Source of the DNA: Eledone cirrhosa
Taxonomy: Eukaryota
Assembly: GCA_964016885.1 (NCBI GenBank)
Contig: OZ024749.1
Coordinates: 42,966,001-43,030,000 of the forward strand
Direction: 5' to 3'
Length of the DNA stretch: 64,000 bases
Numbering within the stretch: the first letter of the stretch is position 1; every line of letters begins with the position of its first letter. Made by a program: the position numbers and the translations under genes. Positions 1 to 13,665 of this stretch are shown here, piece by piece. The notes beneath the pieces were generated by a model. That model did no database searches and had not been told where the DNA came from. It worked only from the letters and a program-made list of their open reading frames with translations.

Positions 1-41
<41 letters not shown>

Positions 42-61
42 TAGATAGATACATAGATAGA

Positions 62-165
62 TATGTTTCTTTTATTTGCCACCAGGGCATCAAAAGTGGG
101 ACAAGTACAATGGGGGGAGTTTACAAAACAAGGCGTCCTCAATAAGGAGGAGGCAATAACAATAT
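62..165 (-). mobile_element. 3' end of a non-LTR retroelement (AATAAA followed by (ATCT)n); copy 1
   Basis: Minus strand reads CCCTGGTGGCAAATAAAAGAAAC into ATCT repeats. Near-identical to 4022-4085 and related to 270-320. Confidence 0.55.
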
Positions 166-269
166 ATAAAACTAAAATAAAATATAACAAAAAATAAAAT
201 TTATAACAAAGATAGATAGATAGATAGATAGATACATAGATTTATAACAAAGATAGATAGATAGATAGA

Positions 270-320
270 TTTCTTTATTAGCCACAAGGGCGCAACAAGA
301 AAGGGACAATATAAGACAAA
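270..320 (-). mobile_element. Short 3' end of the same (GATA)n-associated retroelement family
   Basis: Minus strand reads TGTCCCTTTCTTGTTGCGCCCTTGTGGCTAATAAAGAAATCTATCT and is embedded in (GATA)n. Confidence 0.5.
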
Positions 321-509
321 GATAGATAGATAGATAGATAGACAGATCGATAGATATCAGGTAAAACTGCCTGATCCAGTTAGCGAGCAGGTAAAACTCC
401 AGAGTAAGAAAGTTCACCATTTAGTTATAATAAATGAATATACATACATATTACAGAGAGTGAGGGGGATGTGTGTGTGTGAGAGAGAGAGAGAGAGGGT
501 GTGTGTGTT

Positions 510-540
<31 letters not shown>

Positions 541-701
541 CGCGCAGGTAGGTAGAAGGAGATACTTGATAAGTGTGACTCGACCTGAAACTAGTAAAGA
601 TACCATTTCATAATTTCACGTCTGAGTGCTGAAGTACCCACCATAGAACGGAGTCTAGCTATGGCTAATTCTATGTCTACCGCTTTGTGTATGGCTGTGT
701 A

Positions 702-898
<197 letters not shown>

Positions 899-902
899 GC
901 TA

Positions 903-1121
903 GTGAAGGCGTGTGGCTGAGTGGTTAGAGAAATGGATTCGCAATTGTAAGGTTGTGAGTTCGATTCCTGGACCAGGCGATGCGTTATGTCCTTGAGCAA
1001 GACACTTTATTTCACGTTGCTCCTTCTACCTGGAGTTGCGACCGATAGATAGTATTAGCAATTGGAAAGACCAACGGAAACATTGTTCCCTCGGTCCGAT
1101 TTGACGAAAGTCGAGCGTCTA
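903..1121 (+). mobile_element. tRNA-derived CORE-type SINE head joined to a ~95-bp distinct tail (composite element, copy 1)
   Basis: A box TGGCTGAGTGG, B box GTTCGATTCC, CORE-like TGTCCTTGAGCAAGACACTT. A full-length inverted copy lies at 60139-60359. Confidence 0.8.
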
Positions 1122-1142
1122 AAAAAAAAAAAAAAAAAAGTA

Positions 1143-1470
1143 TATGGCTCAGTGGATAGAGCATTGGCCTTGCAATCGAAAGGTTGTGAGTTCAATTCTC
1201 AGACCGGGTGATGTGTTGTTTCCTTGAGCAAGACACTTTATTTCACATTGCTCCAGTTTACTCAGCTGTAGAAATGAGATGATAGGACTGGGGTCCATAT
1301 CATTCCACTGCAAAGTGGTCATGGAGGTGCCACGGCAAAAAAGCACCCAGCACTCACTGTAAATGAGGTTGGTGTTAGGAAGGGCATCCAGCTGTAGAAA
1401 TCAAGCCAGAATCAATTCCCGTCCCGCCCTTGCAAGCAGGGAAACAGCGGACGTAAAATGAAATGATGAT
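1143..1470 (+). mobile_element. tRNA-SINE with CORE-like segment and a downstream AGGAAGGGCATCCAGCTGTAGAAA (Nin-like) segment
   Basis: A box TGGCTCAGTGG, B box GTTCAATTC, CCTTGAGCAAGACACTT, and an (ATG)n tail. Confidence 0.7.
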
Positions 1471-1499
1471 ATATATATATACAAATATATATATATATA

Positions 1500-1742
1500 T
1501 GTAGAGGTTATATTTAATTTGTTGGAATACAACAAGCAAAATATGTTTATAACTGATATAAAGCACTCAACAAATATATCCAGAATGGTTGCATTTTTTA
1601 AGGGTATGTCAATATTTATTTATAAAACTAACCTATATTATATTTTATCTGAAAGCGCACCATAGTTTGCTCTGGTGGCCGTTGAAATATGTATAATGAA
1701 ATAAATATGGTTTTCATAAATATAGTTTCCATTTGTTAATAT

Positions 1743-1748
<6 letters not shown>
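1500..1748 (+). mobile_element. (TA)n-flanked short element carrying a decayed hammerhead (1641-1703; core lost TGA)
   Basis: Homologous to 24098-24320, 43089-43270 (-) and 60677-60810. Reads TATTTTAT-CTGA-AAGCGCACC..GGTGGCCGTT-GAAA-TATGTA-TA-ATGAAATA. Confidence 0.7.
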
Positions 1749-3030
<1,282 letters not shown>

Positions 3031-3300
3031 TATGTGTATCAGTTTTTGTATGTTTGCATATTTGCGTGCGGGTGTATCAGTTTGTGCGTGTATATATATG
3101 TGTGTATATGTGTATAGGTGCGCGAGTGTGTGTGTGTATGTGTGTACATGTATATCAGCGTGTGTGTATGTCTATGTATGTTGGTGTGTGCATGTGGACG
3201 TTAGTGTATGTTTGTGCTAGAGTTAGAAAGAGTGATATTTGTGACCGAGTATGTATGTGTGTACGTATTTATGGGTGTCTATGTGAGTGTGTGTGTGTGT

Positions 3301-3516
3301 GTGTTTGTGTATCTGTTCATATGTATGCGTGCGTGTACGTATGATTATGTGTGTTAGTGTATGTATGTGTGTGTGTTTGTGTATCTGTTCATATGTATGC
3401 GTGCGTGTACGTATGATTATGTGTGTTGGTGTATGTATGTGTGTGTGTTTGTGTATCTGTTCATATGTATGCGTGCGTGTACGTATGATTATGTGTGTTG
3501 GTGTATGTATGTGAGT
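3301..3516 (+). repeat. 72-bp tandem repeat x3 built from (GT)-rich sequence
   Basis: GTGTTTGTGTATCTGTTCATATG recurs at 3301, 3373 and 3445. Confidence 0.9.
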
Positions 3517-3667
3517 GTGTGCTAGAGTTAGAGAGAGAGAGAGAGGCCTAGAGAGATTGTATGTGTGTGCGACTCTCATAGTTGAGATTTTGTTATCTGC
3601 AGGATTATAGGCGTGTGCGTGTGTGTTAGCTCTCTAATGTGTATATAGTTATGTGTGTGTGTGTTCC

Positions 3668-3705
<38 letters not shown>

Positions 3706-4021
3706 GGACAGAGTGAGAGAGAAAAATAAAGAGAGAGATATATAGATATAAATAGAGAGAGAGATAGAGAGAGATAGGGAGAGAGAGACTGTGAGAGAGA
3801 GAGAGAGAGAAAGAAAGATATATATAGAGAGAGAGAAAGAGAGAAAGAGAGAGAGAGAGAGAGAGACAATGAGAGAGAAAGAGAGAAAGAAAGAAAGAAA
3901 GAGAGAGACAGTGAGAGAAAGAAAGAGAGAGACAGTGAGAGAGAAAGCGAGAGAGATAGAGAGAGAGAGAGAGGGAGATAGATAGATAGAGAGAGAGAGA
4001 GGGAGAGACATAGATAGATAG

Positions 4022-4170
4022 ATATGTTTCTTTTTATTTGCCACCAGGGCATCAAAAAGTGGGACAAGTACAATGGGGGGAATTTACATGAAAAGGCGAG
4101 TAAAGAAAATAAATAACAAATATAAAATTAACAATAAACTTAACAACAAGTCCTCAATAGGGAGGGGGCG
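4022..4170 (-). mobile_element. 3' end of the (GATA)n-associated retroelement; copy 2
   Basis: TTTATTTGCCACCAGGGCATCAAAA(A)GTGGGACAAGTACAATGGGGGG and GTCCTCAATA-GGAGG match 62-155. Confidence 0.55.
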
Positions 4171-5131
4171 TTGGGGTGAGGGGGGTGGGGGGGGGGGGGG
4201 GGGTGCAGCCCTTTCTCCATAGATAGATAGATAGATAGATATATATAGAGAGAAAAGGTGGTGCTGGCTTTCCCTGTCTCTAAGAGAAAGAGGGAGTAGT
4301 CGTGGCTGGATCGCTTTCTATCATAGGACAGCTGAGACGTGGTTGACCGAGGGTTAAATAACCATAAAAACAACTTGTAGATAAGGAATTGTGCATAATT
4401 CCATGTAAATGCATGTGTACAGGTGTTTATATATATGTATGTCTGTGTGTGTGTGTGTGTGCGTGCGTGTGTGTGTATGTGTATGTGTGTGTGTGTATGT
4501 GTGTGTGAGTGCGTGCATTTGTGTGTTTGTTTGGAGTCTGGGTATTTGTGTTAGTGTATGTATGTATGTATGTATGTATGTATGTATGTATGTGTGTGTG
4601 TGTGTATTTATGTGCATGTGTGTATGCGTGTGTGGGTGTCATGTGTCTGTGTGCATGTTTGTCCACGTATGTATGTGTGTGTATACGTGTGTCGGCTCTG
4701 TTAGTATGTGTGTGTGTGACTGTGTTACACACATCTTAGAGACTGCGTGACTGCATTCGTGTGCATGTGTGTGTCTGTCAGAATTCTGTGTGTGTGTATG
4801 TGTTTGTAATATGTGTGTGTCTGTGTGTGCGCCTGTTATATATGGTGTATCTGTGTGTGTGTTTGTGCGATATCTGTGTGTGTGTGTGTGTGTTTGTGTA
4901 AATACCTGTTTCTTTTGGCATGTGACTGTATGGTGTACCTGTGTATGTGTATGTATGTGCATTTGTGTGTATATTTGTGTAATGTGTCTATGTACGCTTG
5001 GGTGTGTCATGTGTGTGTGTTTATAATTTGTATCTGTGTAATGTGACTGTGTGTGTGTGTGTGTGTGTGTCTGTATGTAATTATTTGGAGAACAAAATAA
5101 TTCAATCGATTCGAGATTTGGGTAAAATAAT

Positions 5132-6188
5132 ACCATCACCACCACCACCACCATCACCACCATCACCACCACCACCACCATCACCACCACCACCATCACC
5201 ACCCCCACCATCAACATCACCATCACCACCACCACCATCACCACCCCCACCATCAACATCACCATCACCACCATCACCACCACCATCACCGTCACCACCA
5301 CCACCATCACCGTCACCACCACCACCACCACCACCATCACCGTCACCACCATCACCGTCACCACCACCACCATCACCGTCACCACCACCACCACCACCAC
5401 CATCACCGTCACCACCACCACCATCACCGTCACCACCACCACCATCACCGTCACCACCACCACCACCACCGTCACCACCACCACCACCACCCCCACCATC
5501 AACATCACCATCACCACCATCACCACCACCATCACCGTCACCACCACCACCACCACCACCACCATCACCGTCACCACCACCACCACCATCACCGTCACCA
5601 CCACCACCACCACCACCACCATCACCACCACCACCACCACCGTCACCACCACCACCATCACCGTCACCACCACCACCACCACCGTCACCACCACCACCAC
5701 CACCACCACCATCACCACCCCCACCATCAACATCACCATCACCACCATCACCACCACCACTACCACCACCATCACCATCACCGTCACCATTATCGTCACC
5801 ACCGCCATCACCAACACCACAGCTAATCCACCCCGACGTCACACTACCATCACCACAATAACAACAGTCACCACCACCACCACCACCACCACAATAACAA
5901 CAGCCACCACCATCACCACCACCACCAACACCACCAACACCACCATCACTGGCAGCACCATCACCACCATCAACACAACCACCACCACACCATCACAACC
6001 GCAACAACCACCACCACCACCACCACCACCACCACCGATACCGCCGATACCGCCGCCGCCAGCACCAGCACCACCGCCATCACAACCACCATCAACACAA
6101 CCATCACCACTGCCGCCGCCACCACCGCCATCACAACCACAACAACCACCATCACCACCACCACCACCACCGCTGCCGCCACCACCAC
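5132..6188. repeat. (CAC/CAT/CGT)n trinucleotide array
   Basis: Direct reading; open in several frames (SPPP, GGGD, VVVM). Confidence 0.9.
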
Positions 6189-6493
6189 TATTATAAGTCA
6201 GTAGTTAACATATACGAGACGCATTGTAAATCGCCTCATATCTGCCTGCCTGCCTGCCTGTCTGTGTGTCTGTGTGTATGTGTGTCTGTCTGTCTGTCTG
6301 TCTAATTTATTACCACCCCCTCTTTTTATCACTCATTTTATCCCTCTCTCTTCCCCCTCTCTCTCTGACTACCTGTCTCTCTCTATTTATATCTATCTAT
6401 CTATCTATCTATCTGGGTCTTTTTGTCATTTTATACCTTTCCTTTTCTTTTTATTACTGTATATCTCTCTGTCTGTCCATGTGTGTGTGTGTG

Positions 6494-6548
<55 letters not shown>

Positions 6549-6904
6549 GTGTGTGTGTGTGTATGTGTGTGTGTGTTATGTTTGTGTCTCTCTCTGTGTG
6601 TTTAGTTTATGTCTCTGTGTATGTGTGTGTGTCTCTGTGTATGTGTGTGTGTGTGTGTGTGTGTATATGTCTGTATGTTTTGTTTGTGTCTCTGTGTATG
6701 TGTGTGTCAATGTGTGTGGTTGCCCATATGTCTATACAGCACACTTTTTCTACCTACCTGTCGTAGAATTTATCTATTTGCGGCTCTCAGTTTCACACAC
6801 ACACACACACACACGTACACATGCAGACACAAACACACACATACTTAGACACACGCGTACACACATGTATTGATATATGTAAGATAATTTCTCTCTCTCT
6901 CTCA

Positions 6905-7005
6905 TAAAGCGATGAAATACCAATGAAGGTTGGAAAATCACTGATGAAGGACTATTTTTATCATATATAACCCATGTGCAACCACGCAATATTCATTCTT
7001 CTCAT

Positions 7006-7008
<3 letters not shown>
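6905..7008 (+). mobile_element. ~105-bp module ending in (TA)n(GA)n with a truncated HHR core (CTGATGA-AGGAC); copy 1
   Basis: Nearly identical to 13515-13619. Confidence 0.65.
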
Positions 7009-7066
<58 letters not shown>

Positions 7067-7964
7067 TAAATGCGTGTGTGTGTGTACGTGGACTGTCGGG
7101 GGTTTCCGTAGACTAGATAATGGAAGGAGAACGCTTTATGTAATCTTCTGAGCTGATATATTATTAATGTTACTCAACACAGTTGCTTGCTACCTAAGGT
7201 TTCAAAGGTGCACCATGTCAACACATATGTATGTAAAGTAATACAAGCTGTAAATGATACATCATCGTAACGTCATGTTTCATGTCTCAATAAACATTCA
7301 ACAGCTACATTGTTTCGTAGGGAAAATGTACATAATTTTGAAATGAATTTTAAATGAGAGCTCAAAGCTTTGATGACATAAAAGAGTTAGTTCCCCTTAA
7401 TTTTACCTCGAAATCTAGAAAATTAAATAAATAAATTAAATAAATAAATAATCTAATGAATTAGAGTTACAAAAATATAAAAGCAGAAATAATGTGGAAA
7501 GCATTGGAAACAAAATATATTTAAGAAAACATGGTTAAATATAACATTGATGAGTACAAACATGTGTGTGTATTTATGAGTCTGTGTACACGTGTGTGTG
7601 CGTGTATGTATGAGTCTGTACATGTGTGTAGAGGTGTATGTGTGTGTGTGTATGAGTGTTTGTGTATGACTGTGTGTGTGTATGTGTGTGTGTATGTGTG
7701 TGTATGTGTGTGTGTGTGTGGGGTGTATGTGTGTGTGAGTGTGTGAGAGTGTGTGTTAATATTGCTGTTTGAAGGAATGTCTAGATTGGTCTCCTACGAT
7801 ACGTCTTCTAGCGAAAAACTTAGAGTTGATTCTAAGAGAGGAATCGAGGCAGAGAGGGAGATACACACACACATAAACACGTACAGACTCCCCCCATATA
7901 TATATATATATATAAAATAAAGTTAAATAAAAAGTCAAATGTTTAAAATTTAGCTTCGTTTATT

Positions 7965-8019
7965 ACTGATATATATATTTCAGTGACAGCCATCTTTGGC
8001 TGTGACCTCTTCAGGCAGT
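7965..8019 (-). ncRNA. Minimal type-I hammerhead ribozyme motif (Penelope type)
   Basis: ACUGC-CUGAAGA-GGUCACAGCCA-AAGA-UGGCUGUCACU-GAAA-UAUAUA-UA-UCAGU; 11-position stem II with a C-C mismatch at position 4. Confidence 0.75.
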
Positions 8020-8116
8020 TTGAATTAGTGTGGTATAGACAAGTACATATGTTGTTGAGGTGTATAATTTTGTCAATACTCTGATATGTCCAGTTCCTGG
8101 TTGGGTTGTTATTTCA

Positions 8117-8228
8117 CTGAGGAACTGGAATCATATATCTATATAATTAGGGAGTGTATATATTCCAGAGTCAGGCCAGATCGATATAGATCGAACCTTG
8201 AGCTAACCAATAGCGAAACGCGCGTCAC
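8117..8228 (+). ncRNA. Expanded hammerhead-like motif (CUGAGGA...CUUGA-stem-GAAA-CGCGCG-UC)
   Basis: CTGAGGAAC, hairpin CTGGAAT/ATTCCAG, CTTGA-GCTA-accaa-TAGC-GAAA-CGCGCG-TC. Same frame as 48038-48127; stem I not evident. Confidence 0.55.
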
Positions 8229-8269
8229 CAATCAACAAAACGTAATGAAGACTTAGCAAATCGTCCTTG

Positions 8270-8302
<33 letters not shown>

Positions 8303-8350
8303 ATATATATATATACATATATATAGATATATATATATATATATATATAC

Positions 8351-8381
<31 letters not shown>

Positions 8382-8412
8382 CATATATATACATATATAT
8401 ATATATATATAC

Positions 8413-8504
<92 letters not shown>

Positions 8505-8506
8505 AT

Positions 8507-8548
<42 letters not shown>

Positions 8549-9396
8549 AGTGGTAGATTTAATATCATTTATTCAATGTCTCGTATGATATATACATGTA
8601 TAATAGACAAGCCAATATTTGAAATAAAATTTCCTCTGGTAAATACTTTACAACATAAGTTTCCCAGTCGTGACGTTATCGTTATGACCACAATACCAAT
8701 TTCTGAAACTTTACTTTAAACAAGACAACGTATTATATATTTAGTAAAAGCAAAATCCATACAGACTAACATATAATTATACTTTGTATACAGGGAGGAA
8801 AAATAATATGATGACGGATGTCTAGCAAATAACCAGCTTTACACCGGATGTGTAGGCATCAAGAAAATTTAATCGTTCTTATTCGTTTCCAATCTCTATT
8901 ATGTCTTCTGGGAATTAGACGCTTTTATGACTAAACGTCTGGTGTAGAGCGGATAAACACACACACACACACTCACATATATATATATATATATACACAT
9001 ACATACATATATATGCATATATATATACATACATATATATACACATACATATACATATATATACATACATATATATACATATACAAACATATATATACAT
9101 ATACATACATATATATACATATACATAGATATATATATATACTTACATATATAGATACATATATACTTACATATATAGATACATATATATACATATACAT
9201 ACATATATATACATATATATACATATACATACATATATATACATATATATATATATACATACATATATATACACATACATATATATATATATACATACAT
9301 ATACATACATATATATACACATACATATATATATATATACATACATATATATATATACATACATATATATATATACATACATATATATATATATAC

Positions 9397-9441
<45 letters not shown>

Positions 9442-9527
9442 CACACATATATATACACATACATACATATATATACACATATATACATATATATACACAT
9501 ACATACATATATATACATACATACATA

Positions 9528-9767
9528 TATGAACGATTAAATGAAAGCTGGCGAGAGCTTCAATATAGAAAAGAATCGTCTGTACTCCACCAACATGCTA
9601 AAATAGAACATAAGGGCAAATTAGAGAACATAGAAATAAAAATAAAATCTACACACAGAAAAGACGCAACGTTTAGACAAATCACAGAGGCAATAAACGT
9701 AAAGGAACTCCAACCAAAATTAAATAGAAAACATGAATGGAATAGCAACATCATAACTTACAATTAA
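9528..9767 (+). pseudogene. C-terminal fragment of a Penelope-like element GIY-YIG endonuclease
   Basis: Manual translation: [79 protein letters not shown]. Shows the R..E(H), S.L..H...H and R.I.EA......P.LN.K.EW pattern; 5'-truncated at a microsatellite. Confidence 0.8.
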
Positions 9768-9961
9768 TGACATAATGAAAACACACACACATAGAACAAA
9801 CAACCAACCAGTAACATGTAAATAAACAAATAAATAAACAAATAAAAACACACACAGACACCCGGATGTAACACATGCGCAAACTAAGCACACAACACAC
9901 ACAAAACAAGATGGCGTAGAACAGAAAAAAGGAGAGACACAAAACAAAGAAAAGAATCCCA

Positions 9962-10004
9962 GTCACTGAAGAGGTCACAGAATATGTGTCGAAAGAGCTT
10001 TGAC
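9962..10004 (+). ncRNA. Minimal hammerhead in the 3' pseudo-LTR of the Penelope-like fragment
   Basis: GUCA-CUGAAGA-GGUCACA-GAAUA-UGUGUC-GAAA-GAGC-UU-UGAC, ~200 nt after the GIY-YIG stop. Confidence 0.75.
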
Positions 10005-10213
10005 AATATATGAATAACCGTCCGGTTGTGGAACCAACCAACCAAAAAGAAATTTATAAATGTTTAAATTTATAATTTAATTTATAATAAATTGGAGTGA
10101 AAGCAACTGATTCGTGTGTTTCTTATTGGCAACATGACCCTCCCAAAGTATAACAATATCGGTTTCAACACACGTTTTCAGATAAAGAATCTTGATAAAC
10201 AAATTCAGAAACG

Positions 10214-10311
<98 letters not shown>

Positions 10312-10401
10312 GTATATATATCCCAAATTAAATTAAGGTGACGTGCGCCATATTCACTGCAGAATAAGCTCAAAGATTCCAATTAATAGTTCCGAGCATT
10401 T

Positions 10402-11086
10402 TATATCAACTAGAAATTGATTGACACATATATATATATAAAATAAACACATGAAACAATCTCATGGAATAATTTGTAAAGTGTGTAAGCACACATAGCT
10501 AGGTAGGTAACTAATTAAAGTTTAACTAGAACTTCAAATATAGATACCTTTTAAAATGATTAATCTCCTTTGTATATATTTCTTTAAATAAAAAATATAT
10601 TTCACCAATTAATCTGCAAATCACAGCGGCCAAATCCCGGATGGTCAACAAAGGAGAAGATCTAACCATCCGTGTTTACACAGTAAATGCAAATCTGTGA
10701 ATGACTCGAACCATGTGTTGCATCTTATAAAATATACAGACATCGCACTGCGTCATCCCAGTGGCGTGAATAGGATTATCGACAGCTAGATATAGCAGCC
10801 GAGTTCATTCAACTGAATTAGCTCTACAGTATATATATCCAAAATTAAATTAAGGATTTGGCCGCTGTGATTTGCAGATTAATTGGTGAAATATATTTTT
10901 TATTTAAAGAAATATATACAAAGGAGATTAATCATTTTAAAAAGGTATCTATATTTGAAGTTCTAGTTAAACTTTAATTAGTTACCTACCTAGCTATGTG
11001 TGCTTACATACTTTACAAATTATTCCATGAGATTGTTTCATGTGTTTATTTTATATATATATGTGTGTCAATCTATTTCTAGTTGA

Positions 11087-11090
<4 letters not shown>
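10402..11090. repeat. Long inverted repeat: ~236-bp arms (10402-10637 / 10854-11090), ~216-bp spacer
   Basis: TCACAGCGGCCAAATCC pairs with GGATTTGGCCGCTGTGA, and TATATCAACTAGAAAT with ATTTCTAGTTGATATA; only a few mismatches. Confidence 0.95.
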
Positions 11091-11134
<44 letters not shown>

Positions 11135-11212
11135 CCGGGTGTCCCCCAAAATGTATAAATGTATACACACTTCAACAGCATTGTAATCAAAGTGTGTATA
11201 CATTTTTGGTGG

Positions 11213-11216
<4 letters not shown>
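11135..11216. mobile_element. Tiny Tc1/mariner-type MITE
   Basis: TA-CCGGGTGTCCCCCAAAATGTATA ... TATACATTTTTGGTGGACAC inverted ends; the right end runs into (CA)n. Confidence 0.65.
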
Positions 11217-11251
<35 letters not shown>

Positions 11252-11689
11252 CGAATATCTGGGTGAACGAACGAACTTATATAAGTACATTTTCATATTA
11301 AATGAATAGAGAGAAAAAAAAAGCTACACACATATATAAATGTCGCTGAATCGATATGTAGTGGCCGGATGTATGGTCTTAGCATTTACAACAGATCCAA
11401 CATTTGACCTCGACCGGATTTAATCCCAGCCTAAACGATCAAAAAGTACTTTAGCTGATTGATGATCAGTAGGCGTTCATAAATGATTGGTTATAACGTT
11501 CGCTAACCTTCTCTACATATCTATCCGAGGTGAGAGAGTACGAAAAATACTACAACACATTTGTAAAGTGCTGAAAACGAAAGTAAAAGTAATGATATAA
11601 TTCTTTCTTTCAACCATTGGCACAAGTCCAGTAATTTAGGAGAAAGGGAAATTCTATTATAGCGTTTCCATTATTTAACTGGTCCTGGA

Positions 11690-12040
11690 TTAGCAGTATC
11701 GGTAGAGGCTCGAAAGCCATGCTTTGCAGCGTAGAGTTACTGCCCTTTATGTTCTGAGTTCAAATCCCACCGAGGTTAACTTTACCTTTCATCCTTACGG
11801 GCTCAATAAAATAAAGTACCAGTCATGCACTGGGATAATTGCCGGCCTTGTGCCAAAAGTAGAAATAATTATTTAACTGGTCCAGGGTGGCCGATTGGCA
11901 GTATCGGTAGAGGGTCGGACACCATGGTTTGCAGGATAGAGTTACGGCCCTTTATGATCTGAGTTCAAATCCCGCCGAGGTTAACTTTGCCTTTCATCCT
12001 CACGGGGTCGGTAAAATAATGTACCAGTCAGACACTGGTG
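11690..12040 (+). mobile_element. Two head-to-tail Meta-type tRNA-SINEs
   Basis: GAGTTCAAATCCC-CCGAGGTTAACTTT-CCTTTCATCCT-ACGGG...AAAATAA-GTACCAGT; a further partial copy lies at 12250-12345. Confidence 0.85.
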
Positions 12041-12123
12041 CCTATATAAGAAACTATTATTAAACGATAGCTTACATCAACTTATTTTCAAACTCTCTCT
12101 CTCTCTATATATATATATCTATA

Positions 12124-12159
<36 letters not shown>

Positions 12160-13409
12160 CATATCGCTTTCCCCCACACACTCTGTTTCTATCTCCCCTT
12201 CCTCCGTCTCTCTCTTTCATACATATACATTTTCTCTAAATCTCCATCTCTTACGGGTTCGATAAAATAAAGTACCAGTCACGCACTGGGGTTGATTTGA
12301 TCGACTTTCCCTTCCCCCCCAAAATTGCTGGCCTTGTGCGTATATAAAAAAACATTATTTAATTGGTCTTTTATTTTACCGACACCGGAATGATGAACGG
12401 TATAACTTTAATTTTCTACATTGGGTGGAATATTTTATCTGTTATCTGGCTTAAGACAGCCAGATGTTAGTTGAGTTCGTTTTGCTGCACACTTTTGCGT
12501 TTGATCTGAGATTATCTTCCTTCTGCTATGTTCGTATTTTCGCCATGTTTATTTTCACGTATTGTAATAGAAAGGTGAAGATCAATCTTCAGTTTCATCC
12601 AAAACTTCCCATACCATGTTTAAGCAAGGAATAAAACCACAAAGTATATAATTTAGGTTTCACAGGCTTCTTTACATTACAGTAGCTGAGAGCATATTTT
12701 CAAGAATCTTCAATAATTCAAAATGGTGGAGCAGGAATTTTTCAAATTTGAGCCGACTTTGCTCAAAGTTGAACAAAAGTAGTTCAATATATATTCTGGT
12801 AAAATATATATTTGTGCAACGTCAATTACAATTTGGTAATAAATATATAAAGCCAGTCTCGTAGATTTTATACGATATTGGAAATTGGTTATGTTTGCGT
12901 GAAATGTCTGGATTAGAGTAGAATATTTGCAAACAGTTTGGTGGCCATCTTTTGTATTTCAGATATCAGATGTATATCTGATTTTTACCAGTATTTATTA
13001 ATATTGGCATTCTGAGACAAGTAACTATGCTGCATTTGGTGCCATCGTGTTTCAGGTTAAATTATAGTATTAAAAATGTATTCGCATTTCCTTGCTTTTC
13101 GTACTGTTGATGTTTAGCCAGACTTACGCTATGGTGGAGCTAGCCTGAGTAGGGAATACTCGGAGTTCAATAAACAAGACCGACAAAATATACTGTACTG
13201 GGCAACGAAGAAAAGCCAAGCAACTGGTGGAGCAAGGCACTGGGCCTAGGTGTGACACGTGTGCAGAAGAACTCGCGGAGTAGAGAATGATAGAGAGCGA
13301 GAGAGAGAAAGAGAGACAGTGAGAGAGACTGGGAGAGTGATAGAGAGAGAAAGTATCAGAGAGAAAGAGAGAGAGAGAGAGAGATAGTGAGTACCAGAGA
13401 GAGACAGAG

Positions 13410-13457
<48 letters not shown>

Positions 13458-13514
13458 TTGTCCCAATAGCTTTATTTAGCTATTGCTCGCACCAACCGGA
13501 GGTGTATGATTTTT

Positions 13515-13612
13515 AAAGCGATGAAATACCAATGAAGGTTGGAAAATCACTGACGAAGGACTATTTTTATCATATGTAACCCATGTGCAACCACGCAGTA
13601 TTCTTTCTTCTC

Positions 13613-13619
<7 letters not shown>
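13515..13619 (+). mobile_element. ~105-bp module ending in (TA)n(GA)n; copy 2
   Basis: Direct repeat of 6905-7008. Confidence 0.65.

Positions 13620-13665
<46 letters not shown>

Noticed and set aside
905-980. tRNA gene
   Set aside because: A/B boxes run straight into a CORE-like SINE body and no good cloverleaf is visible; likewise 1143-1210.
4998-5861. Extensin-like SPPPP ORF (and the opposite-strand GGGD / VVVM ORFs)
   Set aside because: Pure (CAC/CAT) trinucleotide array open in several frames, with no signal peptide or splice context; similar arrays recur at 28040-28825.
12420-12740. Possible transposase remnant
   Set aside because: No recognisable motif in the minus-strand frames I translated.
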